Position numbers and translations under genes: made by a program. From Lingula anatina (lineage: Eukaryota; Animalia; Brachiopoda): 64,000 bases of DNA. The stretch is taken from the NCBI GenBank assembly GCA_051362555.1, contig CM120649.1, positions 6,882,001-6,946,000 on the forward strand. The letters are read 5' to 3'. The notes beneath the pieces were generated by a model, which did no database searches, was not told the origin of the DNA, and worked only from the letters and a program-made list of their open reading frames with translations. Within the stretch, counting starts at the first letter, position 1; every line of letters begins with the position of its first letter. Shown in pieces: positions 1 through 56,487 of the stretch.

Positions 1-1557
1 GGAGGGGAGGGGGAGGATGCATTTTTGCATGTTCTCTCAACAGACTATCATAAATTTTTAGCCAACAGCTTTTAAATTGTCAGGCTTTTATTCAGTTTTG
101 TCTGATGATGGTACCGACTGGTCTACCCTATTGGTTACATTAAGATTACGTAGCATTTAGTATTTAAGTATGTAAAGTGAAATCTTCTTTTAACTTGCCC
201 TGCTGATGGATGGTTTTTGGCTTTTCAAATTTACTCTGAAAATTTTTTAGATAAAATTGTGTAGGTCCAGCCAAAGGATATGCCTATTGGTCAGTGACAT
301 TTGAGCCAGTGGTCACTGGGCAGTAACATTCTATCTCCATTGTACTCAGCTCTCCGTGTAGTGGACGTGCATGCTCAACAGTAAAATAGAGAGGCATGAA
401 GTTACTGCATTGAAAGTACCCAGTTTAAAATATTTGTGTCTCATGCCATACATATATGATCACAAGAATTTAAGCCTGGGGAGATTTCGTAATATGATTC
501 ATTGCTTGGCAGGAAATAACAAGGGGGGAAAAAAAACTTCAGATTTCATGGCAAAGACTAGAAGCAAAATTAGGCATTAAAGTTAATGGCAAAGTTATAA
601 AGAGCACTTTATGTTACTGTTTAAATACAAATGTAAAAGTGGTTTATATTGGACAGAATTGCCAAAAGTAAATGTGGCAGTTGGAAAAAGGTTGAAAAAA
701 ACAACAACAATATAAAGGTTATAAAACCTGAAAAGGTAGTTATGGGTATTAAAGCAGCTGTTTATCTGATTAGATAGACAGATATTTAAATGGCAGCTGC
801 GAAGACTGCCAAGGCCAACTGAAACATCTCTGTGACTTGCATGTTAAGCATAACTAGGTATGAGTTGGCTCCTTTGACTGGTTGTTTTTCTTTATCAGCT
901 CTTTCTTTTTTTTTTTAATTGATGACAGTGCACTGATGAAACCCCTGAGGACCTCCTTAGTTAGTTCTTCTTGTCATGTTTTGATTAATTATTCTTGTAT
1001 TATTTCCAGAATCCTACATTTTTATTTACAGGAATGGTGTTTTTTATAAGTCAGCTTCTGCATCTTTTTTTTTTTTTTTTTTTTTTAAATGAGATTTTGA
1101 CTCATACCGACAGACAGATTTTTTTTCGGTAGTTAACAGGATACTCCAGGGGACAGAAAGTTAGAAATGTATTGAAAAAAATAATCAATTTGCTGATTTG
1201 ATTATGAAAATAAAAGTAAGGTGACTATTGTAGTCTATACCACTGATTATTTAAAAGTGGAGTTAGACGAACTGATTTACTAAATTGGGAAATGTTATCA
1301 GCTTAAGCCAGATGTAAATTATAGAAGACCAGAAGCCAGTTATTTACATTGCCTGACTATGTAACACTCACAAATATCTTAGCACATTGTTGACAGCCTG
1401 GTGTATGTGTTTGTGTATATGTGTATGTTTGTATTCCTTTACACATATATTCTGTTATATCTGTTTCAAGATTTTTGAGGGCATTTCCTTTATTTACTGA
1501 AGTGCAATTCATTTATGTTACAGCCTGCAGACTTTTGTGACAGTCAGTCTGTATGAG

Positions 1558-1560
1558 TAT

Positions 1561-1603
<43 letters not shown>

Positions 1604-1606
1604 TTT
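1558..1606. repeat. (TATT)n microsatellite
   Basis: About 12 direct copies. Confidence 0.95.
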
Positions 1607-2371
1607 CAGCAAAAGCTGTCTTTTTACTTGTCCACTTTACTTCCATCTTACAGCCTTAATGAAACTATTAAATCTCTCAGCCGTGAAAAGTAATTTCAGA
1701 ATGATAGGTCAGTTGTTTACACCCTTCCCATCAAAATGGAGAATTAATACCTTATAACCTGGCGTGGAACTCAATTAAGGATGAATTTAATTTAAGCCAA
1801 ATATCCACAGAATTTATTTTCTAGTTAAATTGTCTTGTAGTCCAAACTCTAGGAATTAAGTAAAAAGATTTAGAAATAATTAAAATTCAGTGAAATACAG
1901 CATCTTTTTAATATTTGATTTGTGAGGAGATATATTATTGCCAGTTGGCAGAGATATATCAAGATAGGGTGCAGCAGAAAGAGGTCACTGTTGTTTATGT
2001 GTCTTCATATATATGTATATGGGTAGGTTGACAGTCAATCCCTTGAATGGAAATTTCCTATGGTCACCAGATGGCGCTGGTGTGGCTTTGGCGTATGTGT
2101 CGCCTTAACTGGTGTATTTTCTCCATTACACTATCATTTCCAAGTGCAAGCAAGTGCAGGAGTAGAACTTTCCAGAAAGTTATCTGTCATTGGAGATATT
2201 TGTTTGAATTTATGAGTGCTCTTCTCATTTCGAGATAACAATTTATCAGAGACTCAAAAAGTTTTGACTTCAAGAAGATTTGGGGTGCAATAGCCTAGAT
2301 TTCAGTATCAGTAAACACGTGTTTGTTTTGTATACAATATCAAGAACCACATCAACAGCAACAGTAGTAAA

Positions 2372-46255
<43,884 letters not shown>

Positions 46256-49200
46256 CCCCGCCATCGTTGCAGCCAGAGTTGCTGTTAATGCCGCCATTAT
46301 GGGCAGCTTCATCAAGTTTTGCTATGCTCACAGTTGCCATTTTTATCATTATTCTAAGTCATCGCAGCAGTTACATGAGATATACAGAAGGTTGCAGAAT
46401 TTCTGTGGAGTATGACTGCAGATTATTGGATTATTCTTGGTAGAAAGTATGAGAATGGATGTAGATTTTCTTTGACCTTTGATCAAAGGAGAGAACATTT
46501 GATATGGGTCTGAATGGTAATTGGGAAGCCGAGGTACAGTTTGCCATCAGACTTGGTTCTTGGACTTGGAATGCAAAAACTGTATTTCCTAAGAAGAGAG
46601 GGCAGATGGATATGAAAGTTTTGAGAATACTCAACTATGTCACACCTTAAGTTAGTCAGGACCGTGGTTGGAGCACCAGCTCCTTGAACCTCTTTTTATA
46701 AAGAGAGTGGATAGTTCTCCAGATGGAAAGGTTCTAATGATGTAAGAAGCTAGAAAGTTTATATGGCAAAAAAAAAAAAAACACTTACTATTGCCATGTG
46801 TGTGCCACTGACAGTGTCTTGGATGGCTATGCTCTTTTTAAAGAACATAGGAAGCGTTGGTTCACATGGTCATGATGTTACCATGGTTACCACTGCTATG
46901 GAAACCAGTTGCTGTGGTGACAATTTTCTGCTACTGTTATAAACATTTTACGCATGCTTCTATTCATGGCCATTTACTGCATCATCATCCTTCATTGTAA
47001 CATATATACATATAGCTGTACATCTGTGACTGTGAACATGAACTATACGAGATACAATGGACGACTTTGGGGCACAGAACCCCGTGATTTTGCTCAAAGC
47101 ATTACGTGACAGAAAAAAGGGGAGACTATAAAAGGTGCAGATAGCTTGGTGAGCGGAGTTGGGATGAATATCATATTGTATAATTGCTTATCCAGGTATC
47201 CGTGGATAGATGGCAACTCCAGGTATCCATGCACGGATTGCCCTACCAGGTATCCATGGATACTTTCCCACTCCAGGTAGTCTTGGATGGATAGCTACTT
47301 CGGATATCCATTGGTGGATTGGACTTCACTTACAAAATGTAGAAGACCAGTAATTTTCAGCCTGGACAAATAAACATTTTGAATGCGAATGTATTACTGA
47401 ACTTGGGAGTTATTGAGTTCTCCATGGAATGCTCCAGAGTTTAAAAATGAGAAAGCAAAGCATGTGATGCAGGGACTGCACCTGTGAATTCAAATACCTA
47501 GCTCACCTAAGTCCCTCCTATTGAATTCCCATACAGGGCATCCATCTATTAAGATTATGTATATAATGAGGCTGAATGAAAACTTTTACAAGAAAAAATA
47601 CTTTGATCTTATGAAGATTCATGGGGCATTATTTTATAAGTGATATATGTAGATTAGGGGAAACGTGAATGATATTATGAGCAAGAGTTTTGCAGGCTGA
47701 TTTCCCCTGCCTGGGTTATAAAACCATTGGTATGTTTTATAGTTACTTTAATTATTGAGCTTTGATTTGGTTCTGTCTTGAATCTTCAATAGGGGCACAT
47801 TTCATTTCCTCCATATTTGTACCTACTTATACAACTACTTGCAGATCAACCCCATGTGTTTAGATGATATTAACTAGTAGAATAAAATGTTGCCATCCTC
47901 TGTGCTAAATTGATGCCATCGGGTCAGTATTAGGGAGCCGTCCCCTCAAAGAAGAGGTGATGACAAAATTTTTATGTGCAATTTATTTTCTATTATGATT
48001 CATGTATTGAAATGAGGGGAAAATTATCTAATAAGTACCTATTGCATGTGCAGTTTTCATATTGTCACTCAACCTTAGATGAAGGTCAAGGTCAGATAAT
48101 ATCAAGGTCAGATAATGACCTTGATAAAGACCATTGATCTTTGTAGTATCAGATAGGGATGTTAGACATTATTAGTTATTGCACCTTATGATATGTCACA
48201 ACATTACCAATAAAAATTTCCTGTAACAATTAATATAAAACGGTTCAGACTAGTCAGTCATATGAAGGATATATTTTAAAAAGCATCACACTCACAGTGA
48301 TCTGCAATAACATATCACATACAATTATTTAGTGGTGGTATTTTAGCAAAATGATGAGCAAAACGATACAAAGAGGAAAAGTTCTCCATGCCACAATTTT
48401 ATGTTGAGTATCTCTTAATGTAAAAAAAAAAACAATTCAAAGTTCAAGGTCGGGTGTAAGATCAAGGCATGTTATAAGTTCAGAATAGCACTTAACTTAT
48501 GTAATAGCACAAGAAAATTTCTCTTATGATCAAAACATCTGTTTTATTGCCTTTTAAGAAACCTAATAAATCAGTCAACTTCATCAGACATTGACCTTGG
48601 CATATCCTTGACCTTAATCCAATTAGGATGGTTAGTTAAGCAGCTATAACATTGTGGTCCAAGGACCAGTATATTTCAAATGGTGCTTTGCAGTCAGTTT
48701 CAGTTAGTTGTAGCAGGCAGCATGGAAGTAAAGATTGGGTTAGCATTTGAAATGTTGGAGAATGTGTTAGGTGTGTATCCAACACAATCCCTCTCCTGAC
48801 GTATGAGGAAAGTATATTTGCCCACATGTGCCTGTATGAAACTGACTGCAGTTATATCCAATTTCAATATTAACAATGTATAAGCCAAATATGTAGAGTT
48901 TTGCATATTGTATTAATAGGCAAGAAAATAATGTGATTTTGTAATGCATAATATGATATGCTAGGCATGAAGGCAAGTGAGGAGCAGCTGCTTGTTGTAC
49001 AATGCTGCTTGTGGCTTGGATTATGTGATGGTTTTTCACAGCGTCCTAGTTAGGATGAATTGAATTTGAGTTTTTTACGAGAACGGTAGATTTATATAGG
49101 TAAGATGAGGTATGATGTGGTGATCTTTCTTGACTATTTGGAGAGCGATTTAGTTGTTCTTCGGTCGCTAACCGCACAGGGGCCTCAATTTGGTACAAGC

Positions 49201-49627
49201 ACTATCCTGCATCATAGGTCTGTGGTACTTCTTAAAAGAGGTTCATGTGCGGAAAATTCCATATATGCTCTGTAGGCTTATTTTCTGATGACTTTCAATA
49301 TAATTTTATTCTTTGTTGCTAAGATACAGTGTATATCTTATCCATGCCCTGGCCAGAAGAGATGGCCTAGCCTTGAACATGTATATTTAATAGCGGGGCC
49401 TGTCAGAGAGATCAATGTAGATATGTATATTAAGATTAAGTAATCCGTTTCCCCTCGATCGAGTTCTATAAACAAGTGAACTCGGGGGGGAATTTGCTCA
49501 TCGTTGTCATTATTATTCTCATCATGCCCTCTCCCAAAGGTCTTCATTTTTACTAAGCCCCACATATGGATATGTTATATGACAGAAACTGTTATGTGAT
49601 TTGTAAGAAATTACAAATTTGCCTTGA

Positions 49628-49645
49628 AATAAATTACTTATTAAA
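49628..49645 (+). terminator. Likely distal polyadenylation signal of TSC22D (~3.4-kb 3' UTR)
   Basis: AATAAA (49628-49633) plus ATTAAA, followed by a GT/T-rich tract (cttggtgttgattttttttc). Other AATAAA hexamers occur earlier in the UTR. Confidence 0.5.
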
Positions 49646-50028
49646 AATAGCTTGGTGTTGATTTTTTTTCCTTATTGAAAGAATAAGTAAGCAGCAATGG
49701 GTTAACATTTCACATTCAATTTGTTGAGTATTCCTACTTTTACAGATTTTTCTGTTTTATAAAAAGTTCATAAAATATCAGATTTTGTTTGAAATATTTA
49801 GAAATGGTAGATAATGCCAGGAGGAATTAACATCTTTATAAGATACAATTATTACTTTTATATCAATTTCCTAATTGTTTTGAATTTTTTCAGAACTAGA
49901 CTGAGCTAAATAATTTGACCAGAAAATGAATTTATCCAACCTACTAAGTTTCTTTATTAAGAAATTGATGGGAAAGTGCACAAAAAGAGTAAAATTAAAA
50001 AGACAGTAACTTAAACAACTGGAATAAC

Positions 50029-50034
50029 TTTATT
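50029..50034 (-). terminator. Likely polyadenylation signal of MT-like gene A
   Basis: AATAAA on the minus strand followed by a T/GT-rich tract, ~1.1 kb after the stop. Alternatives exist at ~50197 and ~49953. Confidence 0.4.
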
Positions 50035-50935
50035 TCAAGAAATGTTTGGTCCACAAATGAAAAGAAATGTTAACAGTCTTGATCAACATTCAAGATAATT
50101 TTACACAACTTTTGAAAACTAATAATTTGAAATACAAACAATTTTGCTCAACATTCAGGATAACTTCAAATTATAATCTTAATAGAAAAATTACAATTTA
50201 TTATTTTTTTTTTCTACTTGGCAAAATTGGATTATTTGTTGCAAATAATATGATTATATGGGTTCATAATTATGTCCATAAGCAAGTGTAAACAAGAAAA
50301 CTAAAGCTACATGTACTCCTATGTTACATTTTACAGATTATAATTACAAAACTGATTATAATAATTCAATTAACGAAGCGTCTCCATTAATTTTTTGCTT
50401 TTCTATCTAATCAATTTGCTTGGAATGAATTTTTCTTTTCAATCATATATCGGTGGTTGCATAAGCTTTTAAAGTTTGACATACATTTAAGATATGTCAC
50501 ATTTTCAAGAGTAATGATTGACAGTATTGCAAAATTACAAAGTCTCACATTAGTCAATTAATTATCTAGCTACCAACCAATGTTAATCTTTAGTGAATCA
50601 TTTGTCTAAAGAAATAGTTAAACAAGCTTTTGAGTGGCATAAGAATCTGCAAGAACTTGAGGCATCATATTATCCAGTATAACTGATTTTCATATTCTCC
50701 AGTGTAACTGATGGTTATACAAAATTATTATCAGAGTTCAATTAAATCATTGATTTTTCCCCAATCAATGTCCATCTTCAGCAAATCATTTTATCACTCT
50801 AATAGTTCCACAAGCTTTCCAGTATGTAATACTCCATGTAAACTAACTTCAGATATGGTGTGTAAATATCAATAATACTGTTAAAGCTAATATTTGATAC
50901 ATGCAGTATAAAAAAAAAAAACTGCCAAATATCTC

Positions 50936-50967
<32 letters not shown>

Positions 50968-51129
50968 AATTTTTAAATCTCTAAATCACTGTAAATCAGT
51001 AGCAAATCACTTTTCAATCACATTGTTGCACAAGCAATGTAGTCAATACACATAGAACAAAAACCTGCACCATTGTAGTAATGTATAATACCTTTGATGA
51101 GAGATAAAGAACAAGCAGGGCACTAAATC

Positions 51130-53883
51130 TTACTTGCAAACACAGCCCTTGGGTCCAGAGCACTTCTTGCAGCCAACTGGGCACCCCTGGAAAAATATGA
51201 TCATTTTCTCAAAATATGTTGACTACAGAGAAAACTGTTAGAAATCAAAAATTGTGAACATATCTTTGTCAATTTAAATAGGGAATTCAAAGGTTTTTTG
51301 TTTGTTTTTTTTTTGACATATTTTTTTTCTTTATTTTATCTAGTAGGTCACAATGACCCAATACATTACTCACCTCATCAGTGCAGCAGTTGTCGCTAGT
51401 ACACTTACAGCACATACAACCCTTGGGTCCAGAGCATGCTTTACAACCTGCTGAACATCCCTGGAAATATAATTTTTCACATTCAAACATGGTTTTATCA
51501 AAATATTTGAGCAAAAAAAAAATTAATATTCAATCATTAAAATCATATCAACATAAAAAAGAAACTGGCTAATTCTGTGATAATCTAAAGAAATCGAAGA
51601 CATGTTTATAATGAACTAACAATTCCATAGGTGGTTATTTTATTATAAATTGATCACTTTAAATATCAATATCACTTACTTCATCAGTACAGCAGTTGTT
51701 GCTAGTACACTTACAGCACATACAACCCTTGGGTCCAGAGCATGCTTTGCATCCTGCTGAACATCCCTGGAAATATTTTTTGCACAATTAAGCATGGTTT
51801 TATCCAAGATAACGAGCAAAAATGAATAAAAATTCATTAAAATCATATCAGATGTAAATAGAAAGTTACTAATTTGTGAGAATATAATTTTATATAATCA
51901 AAGACTGGTTTTACATGAACCAACAATGTCATAAGGGTTTTGTTTTTTATATACGTTAATTACTTTGATTATCATCAATGTTACTCACCTCATCAGTGCA
52001 GCAGTCATCGCTAGTACACTTACAGCACATACAACCCTTGGGTCCAGAGCATGATTTACAACCTGCTGAACATCCCTGGAGAAATGGCAAAAGATCCACC
52101 ATTATTTTGAAAGGGTAGGTGGTAAATTAATTGCAATAATATAACAAAAAACTTTATCCATCACTCTGGTTCTAATGTTTTTTTTTTAATAATGAAACCA
52201 TAAAAGAAGACAGAGGCAGTCTTTCAAAATTTTCAAGGAGTCATTTTCATTTCTTTCCACTCAAGAAACCGGAAATCATTGATGAACACCAGCAATTTCT
52301 ACAATCACTCACCTTGTCAGTGCAGCAGTCATCGCTAGTACACTTACAGCACATACAACCCTTGGGTCCAGAGCATGCTTTACAACCTGCTGAACATCCC
52401 TGGAAATAAACCAAAAATTTATTTTGAAAAATGGGGAGCCATTAAAAAAATTCAATAAAAAGTAAACTTTCTCAAAAGTTATCATTTTTGGACATTTCTT
52501 TTGAAAATAAAAATATAGCATAAGTCAGAGACTGAATCTTTCATAAAAGCTGTTTTTTATTCTTTTTCTTATTATTTACACTCAGAGGGCTTGACATCAT
52601 TTATAAATGACAACAATTACTAAAATCACTCACCTCATCAGTGCAACAGTTGTCGCTAGTACACTTACAGCACATACAACCCTTGGGTCCAGAGCATGCT
52701 TTACAACCTGCTGAGCATCCCTGGAAAATGGCAAAATATCTTTTTTTTTTGTTTGTTTTTTGTTTTTGTTTTTTGTTTTAGAAAATGTGTATAGGCACTA
52801 AATAATCCAACAAAAGTGTCTCTGTCAAAAGTGATCATTCTGAACATTTCTTCTGAAAATGAAAATATAAACTGAACACAACTAAAAACTCCTTCAATAC
52901 TTGAAAGACACTTTTTCTTGTTATTTTCACTCAAGAATCCTACCATCATTTATAAAAGACAATAAGTTCTACAAAAACTTACTTTGTCAGTACAGCAGTC
53001 ATCACTAGTACACTTACAGCACATACAACCCTTGGGTCCAGAGCATGCTTTGCAACCTGCTGAACATCCCTGGAAATAATGTCAAAAATCTTTATTTTGA
53101 ATAATGGGTGGTCATTAAATAGTCTAACAAAAAGTATATCTGTCCAAATAATTGCCCTTGAACTTATCTTTAGAAAATTAGTATAAAACTGATGAGAGAG
53201 TTCAAATCTTTCAAAAACTTGAAGGTCACTTTTCTTTGTCTTTTTCTTTGCACTCAAGAAATTTGGCATCATTCATAAACAACATTAATAAATAAAATCA
53301 CTCACCTCATCAGTGCAGCAGTCATCGCTAGTACACTTACAGCACATACAACCCTTGGGTCCAGAGCATGCTTTGCAACCTGCTGAACATCCCTGCAAAA
53401 ATGGAAGAAAATAAAATTATTATAAAAAAAGTAGTCATTAAGAAATCCCACAAAATGTATATTTGTCAAAAGTTATCATTTTTGAACATTTCTTTTGAAA
53501 ATAAAAATATGGCAGAAGACAGAGACTTAACATTTCAAAATCTTAAAAAATGCTTTTTCTTTTTCTTATTATTTTCACTAAAGAAGCTTTTCTCATCACC
53601 CATAAATATCAACAATTACTAAAGTCACTCACCTTATCAGTGCAGCAGTTGTCGCTAGTACACTTACAGCACATACAACCCTTGGGTCCAGAGCATGCTT
53701 TACAACCTGCTGAACATCCCTGGAAAAATGGAAAAATATCTTTCTTTTCTTTTTTTTTTCGAAAATTCTTAGCTACTAAATAATCTAAAAAAATTATCTC
53801 TGTCAAAAATTATCATTCTGAACATTTCTTTTAAAAATGAAAAAATGACTAAAAACTAAAAAAAAAACTTGAAAGACCCTTTT

Positions 53884-53932
<49 letters not shown>

Positions 53933-54383
53933 CAAGAATCCTACATTCATTTATAAACACCAACAAAATTCTATAATCACTCACCTTGTCAGTGCAGCAG
54001 TCATCACTAGTACACTTACAGCACATACAACCCTTGGGTCCAGAGCATGCTTTACAACCTGCTGAACATCCCTGGAAATTTTTTTTTTCACAATTAAGCA
54101 AGATTTTATCCAAGGTAATGAGCAAAATCAATAAAAATTCATTAAAATCATATCAGGAGTAAAGAGTAAGTGGCTAATTTGTGAGAATATCTTTTTATAT
54201 AATCAGATTGGTTTAACATGAACTAACAATGTCATGGGTGCTTGTTATATACGTTAATTAGGTACTTTGATTATCATCATTGTTACTCACCTCATCAGTA
54301 CAGCAGTCATCGCTAGTACACTTACAGCACATACAACCCTTGGGTCCAGAGCATGCTTTACAACCAGGATTGGCTTCGGCCAT
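51130..54383 (-). CDS. MT: Multi-domain metallothionein-like protein A (310 aa, 94 Cys), 11 coding exons
   Basis: First coding exon 54383-54291 (MAEANPGCKACSGPKGCMCCKCTSDDCCTDE). Nine 87-nt exons follow: 54071-53985, 53719-53633, 53392-53306, 53069-52983, 52720-52634, 52399-52313, 52075-51989, 51766-51680, 51460-51374 (GCSAGCKACSGPKGCMCCKCTS[DN][DN]CCTD[EK], one A>S). Last exon 51186-51130 (GCPVGCKKCSGPKGCVCK*). All are flanked by AG/GT in phase 0. The protein is ~30% Cys, has no aromatic residues, and the promoter has MREs. Confidence 0.9.
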
Positions 54384-54660
54384 TTTTTTACTCCTACTGA
54401 AACAGAGAAAAATAACAAACAGGAGGTCACAATGAAGGTCAAAAATAAGAAATAAAAGGTTTAATAAAATTAAGTGAGAAATTTCACTAGTTCTTATCTT
54501 ACTAAGACAAAACTTCAACTAATGAATTTTTATTGCTTTCGCACACTATGCTTTAAAGGACAGAATATCCTATGTGTAATTATTACATCCCAGGTAATTC
54601 CAAAACTGGCCAAATTGACCAATTGATTGTATAAGATAGAAACCCGCATGCAATGACTTA

Positions 54661-54879
54661 GGGTGCATTCCCAGAGATTTAGATCGATCCTGAGATTTAG
54701 ATCAACCTAACTCCCTGGGGGTTCACGCTAAATTGCAGTCAGCCGAGCGCGCACCATAGTTAATTACTCCCTTACAGCTTTTAGTAGGCGGGACAGACGC
54801 TTCAGCAGGCTAAGCTGACAGTAATCTAGTGAGACTCCCCACAGGGATAGATCGATCTAAAATCTATAAGAATGGGGTC
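54661..54879 (+). mobile_element. MITE (PIF/Harbinger-like), copy 3, in MT-A intron 1
   Basis: Core homologous to 20385-20599; TTA TSD. Confidence 0.8.
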
Positions 54880-55713
54880 TTAAATGATCCTTCCATATTC
54901 TTGTTTGGTCAAATAGCTTTAAGTACTTGGCTTTTTTCTGGCTTCAACAAAGTGCTCATTAAATTAATATGTTGCCATAGCAACAGAATGTAGAACGTTT
55001 ACTGGTTAATTTTATATTCACAACAGAATGTTGAACGTTTAATTTTATATATACAATTTTTTTTTCGTATTGCCGCACATGCATACATGCCATATGGTAT
55101 CAAGAACGTAATTTGCTGATACCATATATTGCCGAATTATGACATTTTTAAAACAAAAAGTATACAGTCTATCAGTTCTCAGCTCAATTTACAAAAATAC
55201 CGAGCAACAAGAAGTGTGGTTTGTCAACCTATAAGATTATATATCGACACGTACATCGTACAACACTGCATGGATAAATCCACTTAACATTTAAAGTTCC
55301 ACCGTATTTATAAGAAGGAAATACTGGCAATAATTACATTCCATCTTTAGAAGCGTATATCGCATGACCCAGATGTGCATTACACGGGTTGTTGCATTAT
55401 GCAGCACAGCACCGTGACCCGATTAGTTCATGGAGCCAAGGAGGTAATATGCACCGGCTGTGCAGAACGCGGCACGTTTTTCGTTTACAATTTATTGTAT
55501 TCAGGGGAAAATTCCCACATTTCCACGTCGGTCACTGGTCGGTTCGTTGTGGCATTTTTCATTCCGAGAATCCAAATTTAACAGATAAGGTTCGAAAGAG
55601 ATTTCACGGGTCGGTTTGACAACGTGACAACAGGCACGTGTTCTGCTATGTACTCAGTACGGTGACAATTTATCGGATAGCTAGGCCTTCTGGCTTCTCA
55701 TGTTTTCACTTAC

Positions 55714-55770
55714 CTTATAAATTTCTTTTGATTGAGAACTTTGTACGGCGTGCTGCACTTCTTTATCGAC
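55714..55770 (-). other. Non-coding first exon (5' UTR) of MT-like gene A
   Basis: Strong donor AAG|gtaagt at 55714/55713, no ATG in the exon, and a TATA box just upstream. The acceptor of the next exon is at ~54396. The start position is estimated from the TATA box. Confidence 0.7.
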
Positions 55771-55794
55771 CGGTACGAGTAAAGAAATCGTAGA

Positions 55795-55983
55795 TTATAT
55801 ATAGTAATCACGGTGATTTTGCACACGTCGCTTAACTATGGGTGCGTGTTCAGTGTCGGGTGAATGCTGTAGGTCGTATGGGCACATGATGTTGGTTGCT
55901 TTTGCACACAGCACCAGCTCAGTCACAAGGAGATGACCAAATAAGGAAATGTTTTTCGCTTACTTCAGCTAGTAACGGGTGCA
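55795..55983 (-). promoter_or_regulatory. MT-A promoter: TATA box and three metal-response elements
   Basis: TATATATAA on the minus strand at 55803-55795. TGCRCNC MREs at 55820-55826 (tttTGCACACg), 55903-55909 (tttTGCACACa) and 55977-55983 (TGCACCC on minus). Confidence 0.8.
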
Positions 55984-56149
55984 CAATATCGATCGCATAG
56001 CAAATGCTTGGGTAAGTGATGCGGGTCGTTTAAACATATAGCATTAATTCAAGGAGCTACTCTGTGTCATTTCAGTAGCCTATATTTTATATTGATCACA
56101 TAGCATATGATCGCATATACTTGGGTAAGTGATACGGCTCGTTCATTAA

Positions 56150-56487
56150 AGGCATAATAACTCTTTGTATGAGACCTATATTTCACAATAAAAACCTTGT
56201 GAATAACTCATAGAAATATAATATATAATGTTTTACCACAAAAACAGCAGTTATAGCTTTTATTCTGATATTTGAACTTGTCTTTAGACCACGTGACCTC
56301 CATTGATGTCTATACTTTGTTAAAATCTCTTAAGAGATTTTAACAAAAAAAACAAACTTTTTGGAAAAAAACCAGGGACTAACTTTGAATGTAAAAATGG
56401 ATTCATTAACCATTGGTAAGTATGGGAAAATTGTTGTTTACTCCAGGAAAATTCATTTTTTGGCCGAAACGAAGAGTTATTATTGCT
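56150..56487 (+). mobile_element. ~340-bp TTAA-flanked MITE (Kolobok-like), copy 1, upstream of the MT-A promoter
   Basis: TTAA flanks, imperfect TIRs aggcataataactct / agagttattattgct, homologous to 62830-63172 in the opposite orientation. Confidence 0.75.
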
